A stretch of 64,000 nt of DNA from a virus (lineage: Duplodnaviria; Caudoviricetes): IMG/VR virus record IMGVR_UViG_3300032237_000080, positions 305 to 64,304 of that record; one strand, written 5' to 3'. Position numbers and translations under genes: made by a program. Positions 37,206 to 46,525 of this stretch are shown piece after piece (position 1 is the first letter of the stretch; each line of letters opens with the position of its first letter). The notes beneath the pieces are model-generated. The model made no database searches and had not been told where the DNA came from. It was given only the letters and a program-made list of their open reading frames with translations.

Positions 37206-38754
37206 CCTCCTGAAGAACCCAATGTTCCTTGACAAAATACAGCAGTTGTCACCTGCACAGCTCAAGGCACTGATAAAAAGGTTCCCAAAGGATGAACAGG
37301 CAACGATCACTGAGTTATTGGAAGAGTTAAAGACCAGACGAGTGCGGGAAAAGGCATCCGATGAGTTCATGGAGTTTGTTCATGAGGTCTGGCCTAACTT
37401 TATTCACGGTCGGCACCACACAAGAATGGCTGAAGCCTTTGAAGAAGTTGCCCGTGGGGACTGTAAAAGGCTCATTATTAATATGCCACCCCGTCATACC
37501 AAGTCAGAATTTGCTTCTTACCTGCTCCCAGCATGGTTTTTAGGTAAATTTCCGCACAAAAAAGTCATCCAAACGTCTCACACGGCTGAATTAGCGACTG
37601 GTTTTGGTCGAAAAGTACGAAATTTGGTGGATTCTAGCCCTTACAAGCGGATTTTTCCTCAAATTGAGCTTCAAACGGACTCAAAAGCGGCTGGACGGTG
37701 GAACACCAACTTCGGCGGGGACTATTTTGCGATTGGTGTGGGTGGTGCAGTGACTGGTAAGGGTGCTGACGTACTAATAATAGATGATCCGCACTCAGAA
37801 CAGGAAGCTGCCATCGGTGCATACAACCCAGAGGTGTATGACAAGGTATATGAGTGGTATACGTCAGGCCCACGTCAACGTTTACAGCCGGGTGGGGCGA
37901 TTGTGATCGTGATGACACGCTGGTCACTGCGGGATTTGACTGCTCAGGTGTTGAAATCTGCGTCTCAAAGGGGTGGAGAAGAGTGGAAAGTCATTGAGTT
38001 TCCTGCGCTTTTACCTAGTGATAAACCCCTATGGCCTGAGTTTTGGTCTGAAAAAGAGTTGAAAGCACTGCGGGAAGAACTTCCCAGTGGTAAATGGATG
38101 GCTCAGTATCAGCAGCAGCCAACCTCAGATACCAACGCCATTATCAAACGTGAATGGTGGAAATGGTGGGAAGGTGACCAGCCACCACACTGTGAATTCA
38201 CAATTCAGTCATGGGATACGGCACATGAAGTAAAGAAAGTGAACGACTACAGTGCGTGCACAACATGGGGCGTGTTTTACAACGACGAAGATAAACATCT
38301 ACCAAATATCATATTGCTCAACTCATGGCGTGCACGTATGGAGTTTCCCGAATTAAAAAAGAGGGCATATGAAGAATGGCAAGAATGGGAACCAGATTCC
38401 TTCCTTGTGGAGAAAAAGGCGGCAGGTGCCCCCCTCATCCAAGAGTTCCGACACATGGGAATCCCAGTCCAAGAATTCAGTCCCGGCAAGGGACAAGACA
38501 AAATTAGCCGATTAAATTCTGTGTCGGATTTGTTTGCATCGGGTAAAGTGTGGGCACCACAGACTCGTTGGGCCGAAGAATTGGTCGATGAGGTAGCGTC
38601 GTTTCCGTCTGGTGAACACGATGACTTGGTGGACTCAATGACATTAGCATTGATGCGGTTCAGACAAGGTGGATATATGCGCCTGCCCTCAGACGAGGCA
38701 GAAGAAATTAAATGGTTCAAGAGTCATCGCCGTGAGCGGTACTACACAGTTTAA
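37198..38754 (+). CDS. terL: Terminase large subunit
   Basis: LIINMPPRHTKSE (Walker A region), LIIDDP (Walker B), QSWDTA and HDDLVDS nuclease motifs. Confidence 0.93.
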   Translation: MIDLLKNPMFLDKIQQLSPAQLKALIKRFPKDEQATITELLEELKTRRVREKASDEFMEFVHEVWPNFIHGRHHTRMAEAFEEVARGDCKRLIINMPPRHTKSEFASYLLPAWFLGKFPHKKVIQTSHTAELATGFGRKVRNLVDSSPYKRIFPQIELQTDSKAAGRWNTNFGGDYFAIGVGGAVTGKGADVLIIDDPHSEQEAAIGAYNPEVYDKVYEWYTSGPRQRLQPGGAIVIVMTRWSLRDLTAQVLKSASQRGGEEWKVIEFPALLPSDKPLWPEFWSEKELKALREELPSGKWMAQYQQQPTSDTNAIIKREWWKWWEGDQPPHCEFTIQSWDTAHEVKKVNDYSACTTWGVFYNDEDKHLPNIILLNSWRARMEFPELKKRAYEEWQEWEPDSFLVEKKAAGAPLIQEFRHMGIPVQEFSPGKGQDKISRLNSVSDLFASGKVWAPQTRWAEELVDEVASFPSGEHDDLVDSMTLALMRFRQGGYMRLPSDEAEEIKWFKSHRRERYYTV

Positions 38755-38762
38755 GGATGGGT

Positions 38763-38936
38763 ATGGAAAGACAGAGTTCAGTGACAGAAGAACGAATTGG
38801 GTTTCCAACGTTAGTAGACGCCCAAGTTTTTTGGGCTTCTCTTGAAGACCCACGCGAATATCACATCGTGCGTATTGTTCAACATCAACTCTACGGGAGT
38901 GTGCTGGCATACCTCGTAGAAAGAAACGAGGATTAA
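38763..38936 (+). CDS. 57-aa hypothetical protein between terL and portal (absent from the ORF track)
   Basis: MERQSSVTEERIGFPTLVDAQVFW...; fills the gap; GAGGA near its end could serve as the portal RBS. Confidence 0.5.
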   Translation: MERQSSVTEERIGFPTLVDAQVFWASLEDPREYHIVRIVQHQLYGSVLAYLVERNED

Positions 38937-38938
38937 AA

Positions 38939-41431
38939 ATGGCAACGAGTTCAATGGACAAAGGTTTGTATCAGGCACCTATGGGGTTGGAGCAAGAAGA
39001 TGCTTCCCCAATTGAAATTGATATTGAAGACCCGGAGTCAGTACATATTGGCATTGGTGGGATGGATATTGATCTCAAACCACAAAAACCAACAGCAGAA
39101 GATTTTGATGCCAACCTTGCTGACTTTATGGAAGACAGGGACTTGCAAGCACTTGGTGGTGACTTGATTGGGGACTTTGACAAAGACCAGATGGATCGCA
39201 AAGAGTGGATCAAAACGTACGTTGACGGTTTGAAACTGCTGGGTTTGCAGTACGAAGAAAGAACAGAGCCTTGGCAGGGAGCGTGTGGTGTGTTTCACCC
39301 GATGCTCACAGAATCAGTAGTTAGGTTCCAGTCAGAAGGTATCACAGAAACATTTCCAGCGATGGGGCCTGTGAAGACCAAGATTATTGGTAAAGAAACA
39401 CCAGAAACAACTGATGCCGCAGTTCGTGTCCAAGATGATATGAACTACCAGTTGACTGAAGTAATGTATGAGTATCGCCCAGAACATGAAAAGATGTTGT
39501 GGAATTTGCCATTGGCTGGTTCAGCATTTAAGAAAGTCTACTATGACCCAAGTCGTGGTCGCCAAGTTGCGGTGTTTATTCCTGCTGAAGACATCGTTGT
39601 GCCGTACGGCGCGAGTAATCTGGAGACAGCAGAACGTGTAACCCACGTGATGCGTAAGACTGAAAATGAGATTTTAAAGTTACAAGAAGCTGGGTTCTAC
39701 AGTGATGTGGAGCTTGGTGAACCCGGGTATGAGTTGGATGATATTGAGAAGCAAAAGGCCGAAGAGCAAGGTATGTCTGCGATTCAAGATGATCGCTTCC
39801 GTATTTTGGAAATGCACGTTGACCTTGACTTGCCCGGCTTTGAGCATACAGATAAGAAGGGTGAACCAACGGGCATTGCACTACCTTATGTGGTCACTGT
39901 TGAAAAGGGAACAGGAACTGTTTTAGCCATTAGGAGAAATTGGTATGAAGGAGATAAACTCCACCTCAAACGTCAGCACTTCGTCCACTACCAATACATC
40001 CCCGGTTTTGGATTCTATGGTTACGGTCTTATTCACCTTATCGGCGGGTACGCGAAATCGGCGACGATGCTCATCCGTCAACTCGTGGATGCAGGAACAC
40101 TTTCGAACTTACCCGGGGGCCTCAAGTCTCGCGGTCTCCGCATCAAAGGTGACGATACACCTATACAGCCCGGAGAGTTCCGAGATGTAGATGTCCCAAG
40201 TGGTTCAATCCGCGACAACATACTCCCACTGCCTTACAAAGAGCCAAGCCAAGTATTGATGGCGTTGTTCCAGCAGATCGTTGAAGAAGGACGTGCGTTT
40301 GCTTCGTCAGGGGATATGAATGTGTCTGATATGTCAGCACAGGCTCCTGTGGGCACAACACTGGCATTATTGGAGAGACAGTTGAAAGTGATGGGCGCTG
40401 TTCAAGCCCGTATGCACTACACCATGAAGCAGGAGTTCAAACTCCTTAAAGTCATCATTGCTGATTACACACCAGAAGATTACGACTACGACCCAGAAGA
40501 AGGTAGTCGTGGTGCACGCAAATCAGATTACGACTTGGTTGATGTTATTCCTGTTAGTGACCCTAACGCCGCTACGATGGCACAGAAGATTGTGCAGTAT
40601 CAGGCTGTTCTTCAGTTGGCACAAACTGCACCGCAGTTGTATGACATGGCAATATTGCATCGTCAGATGATTGAAGTGTTGGGTGTGAAGAATGCCGACA
40701 AACTTATTAAGACAGAGGATGACCAGCTACCAACCGATCCAGTGACGGAGAACCAGCACTTGTTGACGAATGAACCAGTCAAAGCGTTTATTGAACAGAA
40801 TCATCAAGCGCATATGCAGGTGCACATGGCGTTGTTGCAAGATCCGAAGATCCAAGCTACGTTGCAGCAAAACCCACAGGCGCAAGCACTCATGGCGGCT
40901 GTTATGGCTCACATCAATGAACATACAGCGTTGGACTACCGCAGACAGGTAGAAACAATGATTGGTGTATCTCTGCCAAGTGAGGAGATGAATAAGAAGT
41001 TGTCTCCAGAAATGGCGGATCAGATTGCGGTCATGTCAGCACAAGCGTCTGCACAGATCACACAACAGAATCAACAACAAGCCCAACAGCAGCAAGCTCA
41101 ACAACAAATGCAGGATCCGATTGTTCAGATGCAGATGCAAGAGTTGCAGTTGAAGCAAGGTGAGTTGCAGTTAAAACAACAAAAACAACAGATCGACGCT
41201 GCTGAAAAAGCAGACCGTCTGCGTATTGAAGAATCTCGTATCGCGGCTCAGAAAGAGATCGCTGCAATGCAGGTCGCGGCTCAGGCCGCTGCAAACAGAG
41301 ATAAGTTGGCAAAGCAACAGGAAACTGAAGGTATGCGTATGGGTATTGATGCTGCAAAACACAAAGCGCAAATAGCTACACAAAACGCACAACGTAACCA
41401 ACAAAATCGTACACCACGTAAGGAAACATGA
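38939..41431 (+). CDS. Portal protein with long Gln-rich coiled-coil C-terminus
   Basis: 830 aa after terL; PWQGACGVFHP, GSAFKKVYYD; Q-rich helical tail reminiscent of the P22 portal barrel. Confidence 0.88.
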   Translation: MATSSMDKGLYQAPMGLEQEDASPIEIDIEDPESVHIGIGGMDIDLKPQKPTAEDFDANLADFMEDRDLQALGGDLIGDFDKDQMDRKEWIKTYVDGLKLLGLQYEERTEPWQGACGVFHPMLTESVVRFQSEGITETFPAMGPVKTKIIGKETPETTDAAVRVQDDMNYQLTEVMYEYRPEHEKMLWNLPLAGSAFKKVYYDPSRGRQVAVFIPAEDIVVPYGASNLETAERVTHVMRKTENEILKLQEAGFYSDVELGEPGYELDDIEKQKAEEQGMSAIQDDRFRILEMHVDLDLPGFEHTDKKGEPTGIALPYVVTVEKGTGTVLAIRRNWYEGDKLHLKRQHFVHYQYIPGFGFYGYGLIHLIGGYAKSATMLIRQLVDAGTLSNLPGGLKSRGLRIKGDDTPIQPGEFRDVDVPSGSIRDNILPLPYKEPSQVLMALFQQIVEEGRAFASSGDMNVSDMSAQAPVGTTLALLERQLKVMGAVQARMHYTMKQEFKLLKVIIADYTPEDYDYDPEEGSRGARKSDYDLVDVIPVSDPNAATMAQKIVQYQAVLQLAQTAPQLYDMAILHRQMIEVLGVKNADKLIKTEDDQLPTDPVTENQHLLTNEPVKAFIEQNHQAHMQVHMALLQDPKIQATLQQNPQAQALMAAVMAHINEHTALDYRRQVETMIGVSLPSEEMNKKLSPEMADQIAVMSAQASAQITQQNQQQAQQQQAQQQMQDPIVQMQMQELQLKQGELQLKQQKQQIDAAEKADRLRIEESRIAAQKEIAAMQVAAQAAANRDKLAKQQETEGMRMGIDAAKHKAQIATQNAQRNQQNRTPRKET

Positions 41432-41625
41432 TGGATATGCGCTCCACAGTTTTTATTCTGAAAGAGATTGACAAACTCCGTATGGATCAAGTTAGCCATT
41501 TAAGTGGTGGGGGCGCAAAAGATTTTGCCGAGTATCGGCACGTCTGCGGGGTCATCCGGGGTCTGACCCATGCAGAACAACTTGTCAAAGACCTTGTGCA
41601 AAAAATGGAGTTTGAAGATGAGTGA
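41428..41625 (+). CDS. Hypothetical protein
   Basis: LSGGGAKDFAEYRHVCGVIRGL; overlaps the portal stop. Confidence 0.7.
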   Translation: MMDMRSTVFILKEIDKLRMDQVSHLSGGGAKDFAEYRHVCGVIRGLTHAEQLVKDLVQKMEFEDE

Positions 41626-42028
41626 ATTTGATACCACTGCGGTAGATTTGTCTGGCATTCTTAATACGAGTGCAGAAGAAAAAGCAAAGCAGTTGCCCGA
41701 CCCAAAAACTTTCCATATTCTGTGCGTTGTCCCAGAAGCAATGGAACAGTACCACGATAGTGAGATTGGCATTATCAAATCAGGTGACACCATGCACTAT
41801 GAAGAAGTACTGACCCCAGTGCTGTTTGTAGTAAAGCTTGGCCCTGATTCCTTCAAGGATGAGAGTCGTTTTCCAAGCGGCCCATCATGTAAAGAAGGTG
41901 ATTTTGTCATCGTACGCCCCAATTCAGGCACCCGCTTGAAGATTCATGGTCGTGAGTTTCGCATCATCAATGACACCTCAATTGAGGCAGTAGTTGAAGA
42001 TCCCCGTGGCATTACACGTGCAGCATAA
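41618..42028 (+). CDS. groES: GroES/Cpn10-like co-chaperonin
   Basis: LPDPKTFHILCV...GIIKSG mobile loop...VVKLGPD...CKEGDFVIV...GREFRIIND..IEAVV. Confidence 0.8.
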   Translation: MSEFDTTAVDLSGILNTSAEEKAKQLPDPKTFHILCVVPEAMEQYHDSEIGIIKSGDTMHYEEVLTPVLFVVKLGPDSFKDESRFPSGPSCKEGDFVIVRPNSGTRLKIHGREFRIINDTSIEAVVEDPRGITRAA

Positions 42029-42038
42029 GGAGTAAAAA

Positions 42039-43025
42039 ATGGCAGATATAGAATATGAATTGCCCGATCCCGATAAAAAAGGGAAAGATCAAGTAGAAGA
42101 TAATTTTGAGGTGGAGATCGAAGATGATACCCCACCGCAGGATCGTGGTCGCAAGCCCATGAAAGAACCTGTCGAAGAAGTATCCGACGACGAGCTGTCA
42201 AGTTATGACGAAAAAGTACAAGCTCGTATTAAGAAGTTTACACGTGGCTACCATGATGAGCGTCGTGCCAAAGAAGAAGCTTTGCGGGAACGTGAAGCGG
42301 CTGAAGCTTTTGCCCGTCAGGTTCATGAAGAAAATAAACGATTGAAGCAACAAGTTGCATCTGGTAGTAATGCGTTTATTGAACAGTCTAAATCCGCTGC
42401 TCAAACAGAATTGGAATCTGCCAAAAGCCAATATAAGAAGGCTTATGAGGCTGGAGATTCGGATGCTTTGGTAGCCGCACAGGAAGAAATTGCCAAAGCT
42501 ACCTTAAAAATGGATCGTGCACATAATATGCGCCCCGTTCCAGCCCCCAAGGAAGAAGATTACGCACCACCACCCCGTGCGCCCGAACCCCCCAAACTTG
42601 CTCCCCGCACACAACGGTGGGTAGAAAACAACAGTGATTGGTGGGGAGTTGATGAAGAAATGACAAGCGCAGCAATGGGGCTTGACAAGAAGTTACAACG
42701 CGAGTATGGTGCAGACTATATCGGGTCTGAAGATTATTTCCGAACAATCGACAAGACCATGCGTAAAAGATTTCCTGAGCATTTTGCCCAGAGCTACGAG
42801 GAAGACGAATCGCCTCCAAAGAAAAGAACGTCAGAACCGGAAGACGAGGAATTTGAAACTCCAACCCGTGCACCCAAATACGCTTCGCCAGTGGCACCAG
42901 CCGCCCGAAGCACACCACCTAACCGTATTCGTTTGAAAGCGTCAGAAGCTGCGATTGCACGCAGGCTTGGGGTGCCCATCGAAGAATATGCAAGACAGGT
43001 TGCTCAACTTAAAAGGAATGGATAA
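42039..43025 (+). CDS. Putative capsid scaffolding protein
   Basis: Acidic, coiled-coil; C-terminal LKASEAAIARRLGVPIEEYA; upstream of the capsid genes. Confidence 0.65.
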   Translation: MADIEYELPDPDKKGKDQVEDNFEVEIEDDTPPQDRGRKPMKEPVEEVSDDELSSYDEKVQARIKKFTRGYHDERRAKEEALREREAAEAFARQVHEENKRLKQQVASGSNAFIEQSKSAAQTELESAKSQYKKAYEAGDSDALVAAQEEIAKATLKMDRAHNMRPVPAPKEEDYAPPPRAPEPPKLAPRTQRWVENNSDWWGVDEEMTSAAMGLDKKLQREYGADYIGSEDYFRTIDKTMRKRFPEHFAQSYEEDESPPKKRTSEPEDEEFETPTRAPKYASPVAPAARSTPPNRIRLKASEAAIARRLGVPIEEYARQVAQLKRNG

Positions 43026-43027
43026 TC

Positions 43028-43495
43028 ATGGCTGAAACTAAACAACAAAATCGTTTGGAACGTGAATTAGATGATCGCCCAGATTGGGACAGGGAAGAAG
43101 CTTGGGTAGAACCCGATACATTGCCTATGCCTAATGATCGTCCGGGTTGGCACCATCGTTATATCCGTATCAGCATGGCTGGGGAATCAGACCCCCGCAA
43201 CATTTCCTCTAAGTTACGAGAAGGCTATGAACCCGTGAAAGCGGAGGAATACCCTGAACTCAAAATGCACGCTACCAGAGATGGCGCTTTTAAAGGCGGT
43301 ATTGAGGTAGGCGGATTGTTACTTTGCCGTATTCCAAAAGAAAAGATTGCTTCACGTGCCAAAAAGCACGAGGAGAAAAACAAACTTATCGTGGAGTCGG
43401 TAGACAACAATTATCTTCGTGACAGAGACACAAGATCCAACATGGCGTTACTCGTCGAAAAAAGATCTAATGTTTCTTTCGGATCTGGCGCTTAA
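43028..43495 (+). CDS. Conserved head-module hypothetical protein
   Basis: GWHHRYIR...KLREGYEPV...VGGLLLCRIP. Confidence 0.7.
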   Translation: MAETKQQNRLERELDDRPDWDREEAWVEPDTLPMPNDRPGWHHRYIRISMAGESDPRNISSKLREGYEPVKAEEYPELKMHATRDGAFKGGIEVGGLLLCRIPKEKIASRAKKHEEKNKLIVESVDNNYLRDRDTRSNMALLVEKRSNVSFGSGA

Positions 43496-43513
43496 TTTTT
43501 TAAGGAAAATCAA

Positions 43514-44410
43514 ATGGCATACCCAACGGTTTCGGCCCCCTACGGCCTACAGCCGATAAATTTGATTGGTGGTCAGGTGTTTGCGGGTTCCACCCGTGAA
43601 GTACCTATCCAGTACGGATACTCTACCAACATTTTTTACGGCGATTTCGTCAACATCACACGTGGTTTGACCACACGCCTTGCAGTTACTGATGGTGGCT
43701 CCGCCACTACCGGTGGCACTGGCTACGGTCAAGTTGGTATCTTCCTCGGATGCCGATTCACCAATCCAATTACCAAGCAATTGACTTTCAGCCAATACTG
43801 GCCTGCAAGCACTTTGTCTGGTGACGCAGTTGCAATCATCTCTGATGATCCTGATACTGTGTTTAAAGCTGCTGTGGTTACTACTCAAGGTGGTACAACA
43901 ATCGGTTCTGTCGCCCGTTCTATGGTTGGCTTGAACATGACTGTTTCCAACTTGGCTGGTTCTACCGCTACTGGTAACTCTTCAAACGGTATATTGGCAA
44001 GTTCTGCTGCTACCACTTCAACTTTGCCCGTACGTGTTGTTGGTGTTGTTCCTGACACCGCAGCCGCTTTGGGTACAGCTACATGGTCAAGCGGTACAAC
44101 TACTCTGACTGTTACAAACTCAGCTTTCTCAGCTTTACCTGTTGGTACTGATGTTGCATTCCTTGCAGCAAACGGTCAAACAGTGTTGACTGGTAACTGG
44201 GTTTCTACAGCCGCAGCAGCTAACGCAACCTCCGTTGTGGTCAATCAACAATATGCAGTCGCCGCCGCTGGTGGTGCTGCTATGGCATTGACCGCTATCC
44301 CCACAGGCTCAACCTTGGTGTTTACGCAGTTCACAGAAGTTTTGGTAAAAATTAACTTCGGTGTGCATTCGTATTACAACGCCACAGGCGCTCAGTCCTC
44401 TGCCTCTTAA
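43514..44410 (+). CDS. Putative capsid decoration/cement protein
   Basis: APYGLQPI start; Thr/Ala/Gly-rich; immediately upstream of the MCP. Confidence 0.55.
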   Translation: MAYPTVSAPYGLQPINLIGGQVFAGSTREVPIQYGYSTNIFYGDFVNITRGLTTRLAVTDGGSATTGGTGYGQVGIFLGCRFTNPITKQLTFSQYWPASTLSGDAVAIISDDPDTVFKAAVVTTQGGTTIGSVARSMVGLNMTVSNLAGSTATGNSSNGILASSAATTSTLPVRVVGVVPDTAAALGTATWSSGTTTLTVTNSAFSALPVGTDVAFLAANGQTVLTGNWVSTAAAANATSVVVNQQYAVAAAGGAAMALTAIPTGSTLVFTQFTEVLVKINFGVHSYYNATGAQSSAS

Positions 44411-44422
44411 GGAGTAACATAA

Positions 44423-45334
44423 ATGGCTATTTCACGTGCACAGCTACTTAAAGAGTTGCTTCCCGGTCTGAATGCTTTGTTTGGTTTGGAGTATGTTCGC
44501 TACGGCGAAGAACACAAAGAACTGTACGAGATCGAAACATCTGAGCGTTCTTTTGAAGAAGAAACCAAACTGTCTGGCTTCTCTGCCGCACCAGTCAAAA
44601 ACGAAGGCGCTGCCATCGCTTACGACAATGCACAAGAGGCATGGACAACCCGCTATAACCACGAAACCATTGCTTTGGGTTTCTCAATCACTGAAGAAGC
44701 GATTGAAGATAACTTGTACGACAGCTTGTCTGCTCGTTACACCAAAGGTCTGGCCCGTGCTATGGCATACACCAAGCAGATTAAAGCTGCTGCTGTTTTG
44801 AATAACGGTTTCTCTGCCAACTACGTTGGTGGTGACGGCGTTGCTCTGTTCAGCACTTCTCATCCCTTGGTCAATGGCGCAACCAACTCCAACCGTCCTT
44901 CCACCGCTGCCGACTTGAACGAGACTTCCTTGGAAGCCGCCGTTATTCAAATCGCTGCTTGGACTGATGAGCGTGGTCTGTTGATTGCCGCCAAACCTCG
45001 TAAGCTGGTTATTCCTCCAGCATTGCAGTTCGTGGCTACCCGCCTGTTGGAAACCAAACTCCGTGTTGGTACAAACAACAACGACATCAATGCGTTGATG
45101 AATAACGGTTCGATCTCAGAAGGTTACACAATTAACCACTATTTGACCGACACCAATGCTTGGTTCTTGACTACAGACGTTCCTAACGGTTTGAAGCACT
45201 TTGTTCGTACTCCGCTGTCTAACAGCATGGACGGCGACTTTGATACCGGTAACGTCCGTTACAAGTCCCGTGAGCGTTACAGCTTTGGCTGGTCTGATCC
45301 TTTGGGCGTATTCGGTTCACCCGGTTCGTTCTGA
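44423..45334 (+). CDS. Major capsid protein
   Basis: MAISRAQLLKELLPGLNALFG...PRKLVIPPAL...YKSRERYSFGWSD; GGAG RBS; strong codon bias; followed by a terminator. Confidence 0.88.
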   Translation: MAISRAQLLKELLPGLNALFGLEYVRYGEEHKELYEIETSERSFEEETKLSGFSAAPVKNEGAAIAYDNAQEAWTTRYNHETIALGFSITEEAIEDNLYDSLSARYTKGLARAMAYTKQIKAAAVLNNGFSANYVGGDGVALFSTSHPLVNGATNSNRPSTAADLNETSLEAAVIQIAAWTDERGLLIAAKPRKLVIPPALQFVATRLLETKLRVGTNNNDINALMNNGSISEGYTINHYLTDTNAWFLTTDVPNGLKHFVRTPLSNSMDGDFDTGNVRYKSRERYSFGWSDPLGVFGSPGSF

Positions 45335-45338
45335 TGAT

Positions 45339-45367
45339 AAAGGGGGCCTTGTGCCCCCTTTTCTTTT
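45339..45367 (+). terminator. Rho-independent terminator after the MCP
   Basis: AAGGGGGC-CTTGT-GCCCCCTT followed by TTCTTTT. Confidence 0.85.
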
Positions 45368-45385
45368 GGTGTATATTGCACACAT

Positions 45386-45444
45386 CTGGGTGATCCGCTT
45401 TTACCGCCACTGCCCCAGCAGACGATGCAACGATTGGTAAAAGC
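45386..45444 (+). ncRNA. Candidate structured RNA (H-type pseudoknot)
   Basis: CTGGG (45386-90) pairs with CCCAG (45414-18), crossed by GCTTTTACC (45397-405) pairing with GGTAAAAGC (45436-44). Confidence 0.5.
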
Positions 45445-45467
45445 TCTTTTGCATAAGGATTCTTATC

Positions 45468-46475
45468 ATGGGACGTAGTACATTTGAAGGCCCAATTCTT
45501 CAGGGCGACAATCGATTTGGCCCTCTTCGTAACGTAGGTTATACAGAGGCAGTACAAACAGCATACATAGACATTACTAACACAACCGCTAACACTTCTG
45601 GTTATTCTGGTGGTTCTGGTCAGTTTATTGCATCTAACGGAATTCCTAATTCCACCGCAACGGTGTATACACCTTCTGCTGCAACATACCCACCTACGGC
45701 ACAAACAATTCCTGCGGACTCTGCGACTAACGTATATCGCGGTGCTGTTATGTATCTGCCTTATGGTTCAACCATCAATGATGTTTTTGTTGATTGCGGT
45801 AACCCTGTAGCCGTTTCTGGTGGCTCAGCCGCACTTACTTCCGCTACTGTATATGTTTCAAATAACTATACAGCCGCCGCAGGTACAGCAAAATATTTTC
45901 AAACTGGTTCAATTACTGCTGCTGGTCGTCAATCGTTATCAACATTTACTACAGCGCAACTTTATAACCAACAGCTTGGCACTACCGGTGACATCACTAA
46001 CCCACCCGCAAGCGGTCAAGGCACAAGCCCTACCAGCAGCCTAGTATCACAACTTGTGTTTACTGTTGCTATTGTTGGCACTTCTTTAGATACACGTGTT
46101 GCTACAGCGACTGTTGCTGGTGCTGTAATTGCAGATACTATCGGTACTTTCACTTGTACTTCTAACGCGTTCTTGGCTGTTGGTCAAACAATAACTCTTT
46201 CCGGAACATACGGTGGTACAGGTTCAATCAGCGGTTACTCCAACCCAACGAGTTATTTGGTTGCTACTGCTACTGGCGGCGCTGGTACTGTTACTGGGTT
46301 TAAGATTATTAACTTGGACGGCTCTGCGGTTACAACAACTGCGGGTACACCTACAGGTATTACTTACACAATCAGTTCAGCACTTTCTGGTAGATTCCTT
46401 TTCACGGCACGTTATACGCAGCTTGATGGCAACATCGGCAGTACTACCGCTTACCCATACGGTAACTTTGACTAA
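45468..46475 (+). CDS. Putative virion structural protein (head fibre/decoration-like)
   Basis: MGRSTFEGP start; Thr/Ala/Gly-rich; AAGGA RBS. Confidence 0.6.
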   Translation: MGRSTFEGPILQGDNRFGPLRNVGYTEAVQTAYIDITNTTANTSGYSGGSGQFIASNGIPNSTATVYTPSAATYPPTAQTIPADSATNVYRGAVMYLPYGSTINDVFVDCGNPVAVSGGSAALTSATVYVSNNYTAAAGTAKYFQTGSITAAGRQSLSTFTTAQLYNQQLGTTGDITNPPASGQGTSPTSSLVSQLVFTVAIVGTSLDTRVATATVAGAVIADTIGTFTCTSNAFLAVGQTITLSGTYGGTGSISGYSNPTSYLVATATGGAGTVTGFKIINLDGSAVTTTAGTPTGITYTISSALSGRFLFTARYTQLDGNIGSTTAYPYGNFD

Positions 46476-46484
46476 TTGAGTAAC

Positions 46485-46506
46485 GGGGGCTTCGGCCCCC
46501 TTCTTT
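46485..46506 (+). terminator. Rho-independent terminator with UUCG tetraloop
   Basis: GGGGGC-TTCG-GCCCCC followed by TTCTTT. Confidence 0.8.
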
Positions 46507-46525
46507 GGAATTAAAGGAGTATCGT

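Noticed and set aside
45331-45365. CTGATGA after the MCP as a hammerhead ribozyme core
   Set aside because: It is stacked stop codons (TGA TGA TAA). The following stem ends in a U-tract rather than GAAA, so it is a terminator.
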